This document shows positions 46,390-56,839 of a DNA stretch of 64,000 nucleotides, piece after piece. This DNA comes from Candidatus Obscuribacteraceae bacterium. Its GTDB lineage: Bacteria > Cyanobacteriota > Vampirovibrionia > Obscuribacterales > Obscuribacteraceae. The notes under the pieces were generated by a model that worked only from the letters and a program-made list of their open reading frames with translations, did not search any database and had not been told where the DNA came from. A program made the position numbers and the translations under genes. The DNA lies in NCBI GenBank assembly GCA_044226015.1, contig JBGAHS010000006.1, positions 192,001 to 256,000 on the forward strand. The letters run 5' to 3'. Every line of letters starts with the position of its first letter. Within the stretch, counting starts at the first letter, position 1.

Positions 46390-47862
46390 ATGGCAGACGT
46401 TGCTGATGATAAGAAGAAAGTTGATGCGGCTCCAGAAAAGGAATCTTCCCCTGAGTGCCAGGCTTCTGAACGTGCATCCCGTGAGGCGACTGACGAACGG
46501 TCGAACCCGGCTACAAATTGTCAGCAAAATGTTGAGAACTCTAAAAGCCTAGAGACTCAAGGTGCGTTGCCAAAACTATCCTTGCTCCTTGGTGGCAAAG
46601 ACAGTGCTGACAACAAAGATGCTTCTGGAAAAGACAGGTCTGCACAGGACAAATCATCTGATACCACTGCTGTCGGCGACAGTAAAAAAGTAGATAACAA
46701 AGACAAAGGCGACGCTCAAAAGACAGACAAGCCTGGCTCAGAGAAAAGCGGAGATAAGGCAAGCCTGAAGCCAGAGGAACTCAAACCACTCAGCGCAGAG
46801 AAAAAAGCTGAGTTCGATAAATCCTACGCTGATCTCAATGCGAAGATCAAATCTGGTGAACTCAAGGCCAATCCAAAAGGCGTTGAACAGATTTACAAAA
46901 ACGGTGGAGAAGTATATGACGAAGCAAAACTTCAGTGGGCAATAAACCGCCCAGCTGAGGCCGCAGCGCCGAAAGTTTCACCATCCGAAATGCCATTCAC
47001 AGGACCATCTACAGTAAGTGCAGAAGGCTTCAATTCAGTATTGAAAGAACGCGGCTCAAGCTATGCCAACCAACGACAGGATGTAAACGTTCGCAGAGAA
47101 GACGGTTCCATATCGAAAGTGTCGTTGGACATGGGACAACTTGCCAAACTCTACGAGGTTAAGTGGAGAGAGCAGGGTAACATGCAGTTAAACGCGGGTG
47201 CACTTCTTGCACAAAGCGAACACGAGATCAATCTAGCCAATTTGGATAAGCTTGGTTCATTGCCACAAGGACAAGCAGCAAAGGAAAGAACAGAGCAAAC
47301 AAACCAATGGGCTGGAATTAAAACTGGCAAAGGCACCTTCAAGTGCGAAGCTGCTGACCTGAATTGGGGACAAGTAGCCGACAATAAATGGTCGAAGGTG
47401 CTGAGTTCGTCACAATGGGCGGACAAGAAAGAAACACGAGTTTGGGGGAACGCTGGAAACTCCATGTGCGGCTGGTTTGAGCACATCGGCGAAAAATATG
47501 TAGCAAACGGAAAAGATACTGCAGGTAAGATCATTCCACAATATGTAGGTGCAGCTGGAGGCTCACATTACATTCAGGGATTTGCAGACAAGGTGACTAA
47601 ATTCGCTGATTCTTCACGTCCTTCGTTGAAGCTCGTCAGCGATAACAGTGGTGAAAGCAAAGGTGGAAAGCAAGAACAGAAGCAAGAACAAAAACAGGAG
47701 CCAAAGTCAGAACAGAAACCGGAATTGAAGCAAGGGCAAAAGCCAGTACAGAAACAGGAGCAGAAACAGGAAGACAAGGCAGAACAGAAAATTGAACAGC
47801 CAGCGAAAGCACCCCAGAAGCTGTCTGAACAATCCATCAAGGACCCATACGATTTCCATTGA
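46390..47862 (+). CDS. Leaderless protein with GH73/glucosaminidase-like (lysozyme-fold) domain
   Basis: GPSTVSAEGFNSVL..RGS, ALLAQSEHE, NQWAGIK, GWFEHI..KY...GKDT..KIIPQY pattern; QEQK repeats at the C-terminus. Confidence 0.65.
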   Translation: MADVADDKKKVDAAPEKESSPECQASERASREATDERSNPATNCQQNVENSKSLETQGALPKLSLLLGGKDSADNKDASGKDRSAQDKSSDTTAVGDSKKVDNKDKGDAQKTDKPGSEKSGDKASLKPEELKPLSAEKKAEFDKSYADLNAKIKSGELKANPKGVEQIYKNGGEVYDEAKLQWAINRPAEAAAPKVSPSEMPFTGPSTVSAEGFNSVLKERGSSYANQRQDVNVRREDGSISKVSLDMGQLAKLYEVKWREQGNMQLNAGALLAQSEHEINLANLDKLGSLPQGQAAKERTEQTNQWAGIKTGKGTFKCEAADLNWGQVADNKWSKVLSSSQWADKKETRVWGNAGNSMCGWFEHIGEKYVANGKDTAGKIIPQYVGAAGGSHYIQGFADKVTKFADSSRPSLKLVSDNSGESKGGKQEQKQEQKQEPKSEQKPELKQGQKPVQKQEQKQEDKAEQKIEQPAKAPQKLSEQSIKDPYDFH

Positions 47863-47895
47863 GTTAACAAAACCCCAATCAAAGTAGCTGAAACA

Positions 47896-50800
47896 GTGAC
47901 TGAAAAGACCAAAGAAGGTACAACTCCCGCAGGGACCCAAAAAGAGGAATTGGCAAAGCCTGCAGAACAAAACAAAACAACTGAAGTGACTAAGCCAGCA
48001 GAATTGCCAAGACAAACAGAGGCAAAGGATGCTAGCAAGGAACCGTTTACCGAAGTCAAACCAAGTGACGTAGCAAAATTCCTGAACAACGAAAAAGGAA
48101 AAGACCTGCCGCCAATTGCTGAAATTTATGAAAAACAAGCTCTCGCTGAGCTTGGTCCCGACAAAACCCCCACAATCTTTGTCAGCAAAGACGGCAAAGA
48201 CGTTCCCGAAGGGGCGAAGGTCTACAAGTCTATCAATGAAGCTATGAACAAAGCCACTGCGGGTGATGTCATTCAAGTAATGCCGGGAACCTACTCAGAA
48301 CAGGTTCGATTCGATAAAGAGAAATCAAACATAACTCTCCAAACCAGCAGAGAAAATCCCGCAGTTATCAATGGTGGCAGCATAAAAGTCGGAAGCGGCA
48401 CTCATGATATCGCGATCAAGAACTTCGAAGTGAAGAACTTCTCCGGTCAAGGAGCCGGAATAAGAGTAGATGGAAGCGACATCAAGAACATAACTATCGC
48501 GGGCAATAACGTCCACAGCGCCAGCAACGCTGAGGGTATCGCAGTCTACGGTCGCCCAGGAGTGCCTGTAACTAACGTTAATGTGATAGGAAATCGCGTT
48601 CATGATCTAAAGCTGTCTCAGTTGGAAGCACTTCCAATCAATGGCAACGTTGATGGCTTCAAAGTCAAAGGAAATTCAGGCTACAAACTAGATAATCTAT
48701 TCATTGACGTCATCGGTGGTGAAGGAAATGGCGGAAACAAAGACCAGGCTAAAAATGGTGAAATCGCATACAACTTTGCTGACGGCGTAAGTTCAAAGAA
48801 AAATGGATCTTACGGTGATTACTCTGCCGGCGGAATCTACTCTGATGGTGGAGCTAACCTCAAGATCTATGGAAACTACATCCGCAATTCAGACTATGGT
48901 ATTGAAGTAGCGAGTGAACATCGTGGACTCAATTCCACTGGAATTGAAGTCCATGGAAACATCTTCGAGAACAGCAACCTGAGTTGGTTGAAACTTGGCT
49001 ACAAAGGTGGTGTAGAAAATTCAAAAGTAGAAAACAACCTTGTTTTGAAAAACAATCCAAAGAGTGTTGAGGTAGAAGGTCCGGTTAGGAAGCCATCAGA
49101 GATTATTGGAAATAACATCGGTTCAAAAGATCGTGACTCCATTAATTCAATTCCATCGCTGATATTGAACAAGCTACAAGGTGGCGACACAAAGAGCCTG
49201 CCAACACAGCAAAAATCAACAGAAGCACAGGTCGCCCCGATAAAGAAGGCAAGCGAACAAGCAGCGCCCCCCAAGAGCGACATCGCTGCACCTGCTGTAG
49301 AAAAAGAAGCTAAACCGACAAAGCCAGAAACAGAGAAGACAAGCTCAGGCAGCTTCAGCATGCCAGAGAAGCTCGAAAAGATGGCACACCCGACACATGG
49401 TCAAGGCTATTACCAGCCGATGAAGTCCGCTGCCTCCGAAATTCTCGGCAGAAAAATCAGCGAAGGTGAAAACCGCGCACTGATCGCTGCAGCTAGGGCA
49501 ATGCGAAAAGAAGAAGGTAAGTCAATCAATACGCTCGACAAAAATGACTCAGTTCTTCCAACCAATGAAAAGGAACTGCAAACATTTGCAGAGAACATCG
49601 GCAACAAGCGCTTCGGCAAACAAGAACTATCAAATTCACAAATTGAGAAACTCAAGTCTGAATTCAGTCAGAAGCTGAGCGCTTTCCAGTCTGAGAAAAA
49701 AGAAGCACCAGAAGCGGTGCCAGCTCCGACCAAGAAAGAAGAGGGAGCAAAACCAGAAGCAGTTCCAGCACCAATAAAGAAGGAGGAAACCAAGCCAGAA
49801 GCAGTTCCAGCACCAGTAAAGAAGGAAGAAGAGAGAGCAAAGCCTGAAGCTCCAGTAAAGAAGGAGGAAGTAAAACCAGAAGCGGCTCCAGTTCCAGTTC
49901 AAAAGGAGGAAAACAAGCCAGAGCAATTGCCTAAGCCAATACAGCCGGCAGACGACACAACAAAACTGAAAGATAAGCAACCGGTTCTTTCCGAAGAACA
50001 CGGAGAAAAGCTAGAGGTAGGAACGCAATCACAGAACGTAAACATCCTCAAATTAGCCAAGACCGACAACGATTCCGTAAAGGTGCTGACCGACAGAAAA
50101 GTGTTGCAATCCACCACACTTACAGAACCCAGAGGTCTAGCAAAAGATATGCCAGTTGCTGTTGTTCCAGGAATGAAACCAGGAACTGTTGGTATGCTCT
50201 CCATGCGTGATATCGCTGGAAATGAACATCAGGTAGCTTTCGTGGCTGGTGCACTCAAAAACGGAAAGGGCACCAAAGATGATGTCGTCCTCAACCCGAC
50301 CGCAGCCGCAGAACTGGGTATCAAACCAGGTACTCAAGCCAAAATTGATGTTATGTCTATAAAAGATGCTGGTATCGCACTTCCACAAGATAAAGCTGCA
50401 TTGCAGAACATCGTTAATGAAAGACTCAAAGATATTGCATCAAACCCTGAAGTTCTCAAAGCAGCAGAAAAAGCTCTCGAAGGTACTGAGGTAAAAGACA
50501 AGGCTTACTTCCCACAACGCCCGGAAGACCCTAAGTATGGTTACAGAAGAACAGATCGCTCGGCTGATGAATTGGCATCAATTCGCCAGAAGTTCCAGAA
50601 AGACGGAGACACCGCGAGAGCAACAGCAGATGCTCTAAAACCAGAAAGCACCCAAGCTAAAGAAGTGATTCAGAAGATCATACATACGACGGAAACAGAG
50701 AAATCAATTCTCCAACACGATCGCCACCGTATGCTAGAGCTGCACAAAGAGCTCGCAAAAGGTACCGCAGTCAAAGATCTACCAAAGGAACTCTTGACGA

Positions 50801-51900
50801 ATCTGCCACCCGACCTGAAAAATCAGTTAGACAAGGCTGAATACAATCGCAAAGCGGCAGAAGAGAATAAGAAGCTTGCTGATAGAGTTGTCCCAATTTT
50901 TGATTTGTTCGGAACAGAACGCGAGAAGTTCAACAAGGCTGCTGACCTTGCTACCACTTACGCTAAAAGGCAGGAGAAGACCGCCCTTGCGATGGCGGAG
51001 AAATATGCCACCATCGATCAGGACAAAATCGCACTGAAAGATAGAATTCTTGCGGACGCACATCATGAAAAAGCGCAAGAGTTATTGCGCCACCGATATA
51101 GCATGAAGGCATACGCCGCAGACGTTATCGCAGCGAACCCAGACCTGGCTCCTGGAAAAGGTGAAGCAGGAGCATTGCAAGGAAAGCGCGTAGTTCTGAA
51201 TGGTGGACACGACCCGTTCCACGGCAGTCCGTTCACCGGATTTGGTTCCTACCCCTGGAGCAAAACACCGCAGAATCCTAACGGAATGTCCGAATACGAC
51301 TTCAATAAGCAAAGCACGGCAATTGCTGGTGAAATCACACAAATGATGGGCGGAGTGCCAATATACGTTCATCAAGATGAGCTATACAAGACGAAACCAG
51401 CTACACAAAATATGTCTGGTCTAGCGGCTGCCCTTCAAGCACCGAAAGGAGACATAATAATTTCGAACCACATGGACGACGCCACCAACATCAGACCAGG
51501 TACTTTGACCCTCGTGAATGGCAGCAGTGGAAGGCTGGGCTCGCTCATAGACAATGGCAAGGTTATGTTCGGAAATGTTGAGTCCAAGGGTGTAAGACAG
51601 CAAGCCAGGGGAATTCAACACTACCTCAACGGTCCAGCAGTGCTCAATGAATTGCTCAGCACTGCAGCTGGTGACCGTGCGAAAGCGCTCGACCCACACG
51701 AAGTAGCCAAGCTTCAACTTGGTATGATGATCGGAGTCTCGCGCTTCCTCAACCCACCGAGCGCTTCAAGAGTCAAAGCTGAAATGGCTGCCGATAGAAA
51801 AGCGAAAACAAGCTGGGATTCTTTCTGGGGAAACAATGCTCCAAGGAGTTCAGACAAACCATACAGCCTTGCTTATCCTAGACTCTACGGAAAGAACTAA
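47896..51900 (+). CDS. Giant multidomain protein: right-handed beta-helix, LysM-like segment, Pro/Lys/Glu linker, DPBB-like segment, C-terminal Amidase_3
   Basis: SINEAMNKATAGDVIQVMPGTY and GGIYSDGG/GIEVASE beta-helix; KRVVLNGGH, SEY, IISNHMD, PAVLNE amidase motifs. Confidence 0.8.
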   Translation: MTEKTKEGTTPAGTQKEELAKPAEQNKTTEVTKPAELPRQTEAKDASKEPFTEVKPSDVAKFLNNEKGKDLPPIAEIYEKQALAELGPDKTPTIFVSKDGKDVPEGAKVYKSINEAMNKATAGDVIQVMPGTYSEQVRFDKEKSNITLQTSRENPAVINGGSIKVGSGTHDIAIKNFEVKNFSGQGAGIRVDGSDIKNITIAGNNVHSASNAEGIAVYGRPGVPVTNVNVIGNRVHDLKLSQLEALPINGNVDGFKVKGNSGYKLDNLFIDVIGGEGNGGNKDQAKNGEIAYNFADGVSSKKNGSYGDYSAGGIYSDGGANLKIYGNYIRNSDYGIEVASEHRGLNSTGIEVHGNIFENSNLSWLKLGYKGGVENSKVENNLVLKNNPKSVEVEGPVRKPSEIIGNNIGSKDRDSINSIPSLILNKLQGGDTKSLPTQQKSTEAQVAPIKKASEQAAPPKSDIAAPAVEKEAKPTKPETEKTSSGSFSMPEKLEKMAHPTHGQGYYQPMKSAASEILGRKISEGENRALIAAARAMRKEEGKSINTLDKNDSVLPTNEKELQTFAENIGNKRFGKQELSNSQIEKLKSEFSQKLSAFQSEKKEAPEAVPAPTKKEEGAKPEAVPAPIKKEETKPEAVPAPVKKEEERAKPEAPVKKEEVKPEAAPVPVQKEENKPEQLPKPIQPADDTTKLKDKQPVLSEEHGEKLEVGTQSQNVNILKLAKTDNDSVKVLTDRKVLQSTTLTEPRGLAKDMPVAVVPGMKPGTVGMLSMRDIAGNEHQVAFVAGALKNGKGTKDDVVLNPTAAAELGIKPGTQAKIDVMSIKDAGIALPQDKAALQNIVNERLKDIASNPEVLKAAEKALEGTEVKDKAYFPQRPEDPKYGYRRTDRSADELASIRQKFQKDGDTARATADALKPESTQAKEVIQKIIHTTETEKSILQHDRHRMLELHKELAKGTAVKDLPKELLTNLPPDLKNQLDKAEYNRKAAEENKKLADRVVPIFDLFGTEREKFNKAADLATTYAKRQEKTALAMAEKYATIDQDKIALKDRILADAHHEKAQELLRHRYSMKAYAADVIAANPDLAPGKGEAGALQGKRVVLNGGHDPFHGSPFTGFGSYPWSKTPQNPNGMSEYDFNKQSTAIAGEITQMMGGVPIYVHQDELYKTKPATQNMSGLAAALQAPKGDIIISNHMDDATNIRPGTLTLVNGSSGRLGSLIDNGKVMFGNVESKGVRQQARGIQHYLNGPAVLNELLSTAAGDRAKALDPHEVAKLQLGMMIGVSRFLNPPSASRVKAEMAADRKAKTSWDSFWGNNAPRSSDKPYSLAYPRLYGKN
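49700..49935 (+). repeat. Intragenic tandem repeats encoding PEAVPAPxKKEE
   Basis: About 5-6 imperfect copies of ccagaagc(a/g)gttccagc...aagaagga. Confidence 0.8.
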
Positions 51901-51925
51901 TTTAAAAAACTAAGTCCCACTAAAG

Positions 51926-52447
51926 CTAAGAATCTGAATACCTGCGGTCAATTGAGCATATTTCCTGCCGGTAATTCAAGACCGCAGAGTAGCATGCTTC
52001 GCAAGCACAAGGGGATTCGGCACGATGGTTGATCTGTTTGAGCTTTGCAATACTTTCAAGATAGGATCTCGAAATTCGATGGACCCGACAATCATCACAA
52101 AGGCACATTCCATTTTGCTTAACCATCTCAGCGTGATTTTGCCGCTTCTTAAGTATGTCCTCAACCTCGGCAGGAGAAATCTCATTAACCTCCATCGGAC
52201 CAGCACAGATCTCTTTCCACGGTGCCCCAGCGGCAGCTTGTCTGACAATCACCTCAAGGACCTGTGCCCTTATTCTTGAACTATAGCTTGCCGCCCCCGA
52301 AGCACTTGCGACGCCAACTGCTACCGTGGCACTAGCAAGAGCAGGCGCGACAACAGGCGTTTTAACAGCAGCGAGGCTCCTGTTAAAACCATAACCCACG
52401 GCGGCAGCAAGTCTTCCGAGGAATTTTCGTCGATTTAATTCGTCCAT
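51926..52447 (-). CDS. Tat-exported small protein with two CxCxxC motifs
   Basis: LNRRKFL twin-arginine motif; CLCDDC and CACEAC; GGAG RBS. Confidence 0.7.
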   Translation of the reverse strand: MDELNRRKFLGRLAAAVGYGFNRSLAAVKTPVVAPALASATVAVGVASASGAASYSSRIRAQVLEVIVRQAAAGAPWKEICAGPMEVNEISPAEVEDILKKRQNHAEMVKQNGMCLCDDCRVHRISRSYLESIAKLKQINHRAESPCACEACYSAVLNYRQEICSIDRRYSDS

Positions 52448-52695
52448 TAGGATTCTCCGAATAACGATAATCAGCTACCAACCCTCTGAATTACATTGAA
52501 TCACAAAACAGGGAAACATATAGTCGCAGAATTGAGCAGAGACGGGTAGGATGCTCAAGCCTTGGTCAAGACATAAACGACGGTGAGATTAAACGCTTGT
52601 CCAACGTAATTATGAAACAGCTTATTTAAACGGGAAAGGACGATGCTAATTCAGCATCGCCCCCGGGATCGAGTCTTTGTTTTTCGCAAAAGCAG

Positions 52696-53457
52696 CTAAT
52701 AGTTTTTGCGAATGCGGAGCATCAAATTTGCCCCTGCTATATCTTTGTACCCAACAATTTCCAGTTCGGCCTTAACTCCTTTTGATTTTAAGTATTCCCA
52801 TACTGCAGAGAGAAGCGGATTTTCTTTTGAGTTGGGTCCTTTAAGCGGATAAATCCTCACCTCATTTTTAGAAACTCGGAGCATTTCGTTGATTGCTTCA
52901 AGGTGAAAGCTCAATGGGAATTTCTCTTCGTCAAGCATTCCGCCACTAGCTTTTGAAGCATAAGTGAATAGAAAATGACCACTGAGCACCAGATCAAAGG
53001 TTTCATTTGCAAACGGCAGATGCGGAAGCGAACCCACCACGTAGCGTCCATCAGCTTTCCCCCGAGAATAGTCACGAGAGAAGGTGAAGAGTGCACGCTG
53101 TTTTTCAGCTACCCAGCGGGTTTGCTTGTCGCTATCTGCAGAATAGGCATCAAACAGTTCCTTCTGCATTCCAGATTTGATTGAACATAATCTCAAATCT
53201 TGTTCAGCCTTGGGTAGTAGTTCCGGCAGGTTGAACATATAGAGTGGATCGCATGAGACGGCATGAATGCCCATTTCGTTGGCTTCTGCATTAAAAGAAG
53301 CCGGTCCTGAAGCACAGTCAAGCACACGATATCCGATCCATTCATCAGGGCGAAAATTGAACATATCCACGTACTCGTCCAATGTTCTTCCGAGAAAGGC
53401 AACACCGTCAAGCAGAAACTGCTTATCGTCATTTACTTTCCTAACTGATGCGACCAT
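52696..53457 (-). CDS. Class I SAM-dependent methyltransferase
   Basis: GRTLDEY..MF, VLDCASGPASF, LPHLPF..ETFDLVLSGHFLF, EMLRVS.EVRIYPL. Confidence 0.88.
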   Translation of the reverse strand: MVASVRKVNDDKQFLLDGVAFLGRTLDEYVDMFNFRPDEWIGYRVLDCASGPASFNAEANEMGIHAVSCDPLYMFNLPELLPKAEQDLRLCSIKSGMQKELFDAYSADSDKQTRWVAEKQRALFTFSRDYSRGKADGRYVVGSLPHLPFANETFDLVLSGHFLFTYASKASGGMLDEEKFPLSFHLEAINEMLRVSKNEVRIYPLKGPNSKENPLLSAVWEYLKSKGVKAELEIVGYKDIAGANLMLRIRKNY

Positions 53458-53543
53458 GATTTCGTGTCCCTCACTGCCATGGTCACTACTTTAGCGATCA
53501 AATATGAGGAACTTGTGTGGATTATGTAAAAAGGTAGCTTTAC

Positions 53544-54569
53544 TTAGTTGGATTTGTAAAGCGAGGAAAGTTTATTGAAATCATTGGCAGTTGGATTAGC
53601 CGCAGCTGTCAAAGTGAAATACATTACGTCATTTGGACGAGGGCTGTGTTCCATCACGCCCAGCGCATGTCCAATTTCATGCAAGCACAGTGCCTTCACT
53701 TCCCGCTCTGATAGGACGGCATTGTTGACCACGCGCTTGGTTAGAAGCGTGATTTTTGCATGCGTAACAACAGGTCCTATGTGTTTCAAAACAGCTTCGC
53801 CGCCTTCACCTATCGATGAAAGTTTGCTTACGTCGTCAGTCCATACGCATTCGATATCAGCTTGTGACAAATCATCGACAAACTGAAAGGACAATGCACC
53901 AGAACCGCTCCACGAGAGGAAGGCATCGCGCAATGAGTCATTGAAAGAAGTCTTGAAGCCACCTACTCCGTCGGCTCCGTGTACATAGACCTTCAGAAGA
54001 CTTTTGTCCCAGCGATAGTTTGAAGTCTTAGACGAGCTAGCCATCTTGTTAGATTCCATTTGCAAATGGCTGACGATATCAGCAATAACAGCGCGGTCTG
54101 GCGCTGAAGGAAATTGCATCATGTATTGGTTATACAATTCGGCAGCGCGATTCAAATTTCCGCTAAGTTGATATGAAGCAGCAAGAGTGACAAGCGGTGC
54201 TGGCTCATTTGGTTGCATCTGATGAGCATATTCTAGATGTGAGATTGCTTCCTGTGCGCGCCCAGTTTTGTTCAAAAGCAAACCGAGATTACAATGAGCA
54301 CTGGCCAGACCAGGCTCAAGGCTCAGCGCTGTCCGTAACTTGGATTCAGCCTCTTCGTACTGAGCCGAATTTAGAAGTGCACATGCTTCGTTAGAAAGTG
54401 ATCGAGAACGACGCATGTCAGCGAAACTCACAGGGGGCAAACCGGCGTTGTAAGCCATCGTGGCCGCAGAGCTGTGGGTTTCGCTAACATATCGTTCAGC
54501 GCAACTTGCCGTCACATTCATTTGTGACAGCAAGCACGACAAAGCCAAGGCTAATACAGAAGCCTTCAT
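53544..54569 (-). CDS. Exported TPR plus matrixin-family (M10) zinc metalloprotease
   Basis: Signal peptide, TPR repeats, HEIGHALGVMEHS..DVM metzincin motif. Confidence 0.92.
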   Translation of the reverse strand: MKASVLALALSCLLSQMNVTASCAERYVSETHSSAATMAYNAGLPPVSFADMRRSRSLSNEACALLNSAQYEEAESKLRTALSLEPGLASAHCNLGLLLNKTGRAQEAISHLEYAHQMQPNEPAPLVTLAASYQLSGNLNRAAELYNQYMMQFPSAPDRAVIADIVSHLQMESNKMASSSKTSNYRWDKSLLKVYVHGADGVGGFKTSFNDSLRDAFLSWSGSGALSFQFVDDLSQADIECVWTDDVSKLSSIGEGGEAVLKHIGPVVTHAKITLLTKRVVNNAVLSEREVKALCLHEIGHALGVMEHSPRPNDVMYFTLTAAANPTANDFNKLSSLYKSN

Positions 54570-55009
54570 TAACGCTAACCAGAGAGATGAGTGATGAAAA
54601 AATGCCCGCCGAACGAATAATCGTTCGAGCCTGACAACTACTTTATGCCCTTACAACCGCCGCTTTACACCTGTTTTTAAAAGGTCAAGTTAAAACTGCT
54701 ATTTTTCTAGATTAAATCCAAAATAAGCTGGTTAACGGTGCCTCAAAACCAAAACCTGGCGTGGCTTCCAGTCTTCAAACATTAAATCTAGAATCGCTCA
54801 ATTTGGCTTAGCGGCTTTGTGTTTTGTTCAGTTCTGACCATCGTCCAGTCCAAATCAATGCCTATGGAGGACTAAAGACAGTCTTTATACGTTAAATTCA
54901 CGCCCGAACGCCTAGGATTTGAGAGCGTTGCACCTCTACCTACCTGTGTCAGCTCTTTTCGACAGCATAAGTAGCAAGGCACACTCAAGCGAGTGAAACT
55001 GGATATCAA

Positions 55010-56839
55010 ATGGAGACCCCTGATAGCAAATCTGAGAATCTCGACCCAAATCTAGCAAGGGGGTCCCATTTCGACTTGCCCAAGGGAACGCTAATAGACG
55101 GTCGTTTTCAAATAGATGAATTAATCGCTGAGCGCAGTACAACGGGCAGCATTTATTCTGGAAAACACCTGTTGCTGGATAGAAAAATCGCTCTGAAATT
55201 TCTCCACTCAAACAGTAAGGAGTCACATGCAAGGTTTCACCGTGAAGCACAAGCACTAGCTCAGCTTGAACACACGCATATAGCGAAAGTTTTCGGGTTT
55301 GGCTGCTTCGAGACAATGCCCTATGTATCTGTCGAATTTGTGCAAGGTCAGACACTTGCTGAATTGCTAAAACAAAAAACACGATTCACTGCGGCTGAAG
55401 CGTTTCCACTTTTCCATCAACTGCTAGACGCGTTAGAACATGCCCATGAGAATGGAGTGATACATCGTAAGCTCTGTCCGTCAAACATTCTCATAGAATC
55501 ACAAACTGGTTCGGTGAAACTTATTGATTTTGGACTTGGAAAACTGTGTTCCAAGCGAAGTGAGCAAATGAATTCCCAAACAGATGAGTTGGGCGAAGAT
55601 CTGCGCTATTCAAGTCCAGAACAAACGAAGGGACTACCCGCTGATGCGAGTTCAGATCTTTATGCAGCGGCATGTTTGATGTTTCAGGTTTTAGATGGCA
55701 GAATTTACAGTGAAGTTCAAAAAATAAATCAGTCAAATAAGTCGATGAGTAATTCGAGACTGATCAGTCCTTATCTTGATACGGAAAAAGGAGCTGTTAT
55801 TCTTTCTGCACTCAGCCCCTCGCCTGATCAACGCCCACGCTCTGCGCTTGAATTTAGCGAAGCATTGTTGAATCCGCAATGGCATTCATTGAACAAAGAT
55901 TGTTATGCAGATAAAAAATGGAAGCGTCTACTGCTTGCCGTTTGCTCAATCATTCTTCTAGCCGCAATCGCTTTAACACAGAGAGTGACGGGTACTGTTG
56001 CGACCAAACCTGCATCCGACACAAACAACTCTGTGACGGCAACTAAGATCCTTTCATCGAAGACTAATCCAGCACCCATAAATGCTACGATTTCATTGAG
56101 AGAAAGGGTACATCGAAGAGCTCTCACAACTGTCGACCAACTAAAACTAGCCCGTGCACAGTATCATATCGGACTAACACAAGAAAACTACAAAAACGCT
56201 CTTCCTCACTACAAGGCAGCAATAGAGTACTACCAGGATGCACTAAAAGGAACGTATGCAGAAAACAAACCCACGCTGGCAACTTTGCGAGTAAGATCTG
56301 CGATCTCGGAAACAGCAATGGCTTACTTTGGAACCCAAAAGCAGCACTTAGTTGAGCCCGATCCGAAAATTTCTCAACTGGTAAGATCCTCTGCTGAAAT
56401 AGTTTGCTCAATGGACCCAGAACAACTTCCTTTCCTGCCAGACGGTTTGGTGATTCCCGAAGGCTCACTCAACAGCACTATCGACTGCATCTCGGTTTCA
56501 CACACAATCCTCGCATCTCTCTACCTGACTGACCCTACTATCAGTGGACTCGCTGATGATGCTGCGGCATTAGAGCATTGCAACAAGGCTATCGAGATAT
56601 CAGAAAATGGCAATCTGCTTGAACTCGCTTACGCGGAGAGAGCAAAAGCATTTTTGTTAGCAAAACAAGGCAAAATATCCGAAGCAGAGCAGGAAATCCG
56701 AGATGTGCAGCACCGGCTGATTCTTACAGATGCAGACAGATTCACCAGAGAGAAAATAGAAGAAATTATCCTCAGGAGCCGCGAAGAAATAGCACGCGTT
56801 GGAGTTGCTCCTGGTAATTCTCATATCAAGACAAAATAG
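55010..56839 (+). CDS. Probable pseudokinase with TM helix and TPR-like C-terminus
   Basis: IALK and DFG retained, but the catalytic loop reads HRKLCPSN and the Gly-loop reads ERSTTGSIY. Confidence 0.85.
   Translation: METPDSKSENLDPNLARGSHFDLPKGTLIDGRFQIDELIAERSTTGSIYSGKHLLLDRKIALKFLHSNSKESHARFHREAQALAQLEHTHIAKVFGFGCFETMPYVSVEFVQGQTLAELLKQKTRFTAAEAFPLFHQLLDALEHAHENGVIHRKLCPSNILIESQTGSVKLIDFGLGKLCSKRSEQMNSQTDELGEDLRYSSPEQTKGLPADASSDLYAAACLMFQVLDGRIYSEVQKINQSNKSMSNSRLISPYLDTEKGAVILSALSPSPDQRPRSALEFSEALLNPQWHSLNKDCYADKKWKRLLLAVCSIILLAAIALTQRVTGTVATKPASDTNNSVTATKILSSKTNPAPINATISLRERVHRRALTTVDQLKLARAQYHIGLTQENYKNALPHYKAAIEYYQDALKGTYAENKPTLATLRVRSAISETAMAYFGTQKQHLVEPDPKISQLVRSSAEIVCSMDPEQLPFLPDGLVIPEGSLNSTIDCISVSHTILASLYLTDPTISGLADDAAALEHCNKAIEISENGNLLELAYAERAKAFLLAKQGKISEAEQEIRDVQHRLILTDADRFTREKIEEIILRSREEIARVGVAPGNSHIKTK

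Noticed and set aside
47574..48276. 171-aa and 189-aa Cys/Phe-rich minus-strand ORFs
   Set aside because: Antisense artefacts of the Lys/Glu/Gln-rich repeats on the plus strand
54598..54636. Terminator-like hairpin plus U-run in the leader of the matrixin gene (possible riboswitch platform)
   Set aside because: No recognisable aptamer or antiterminator upstream, and the stem is imperfect
54741..54770. AAGCCACGC(A/C)AGG motif shared with 25684-25696 in divergent intergenic regions
   Set aside because: Only two 13-nt copies with one mismatch; not distinguishable from chance without a genome-wide count
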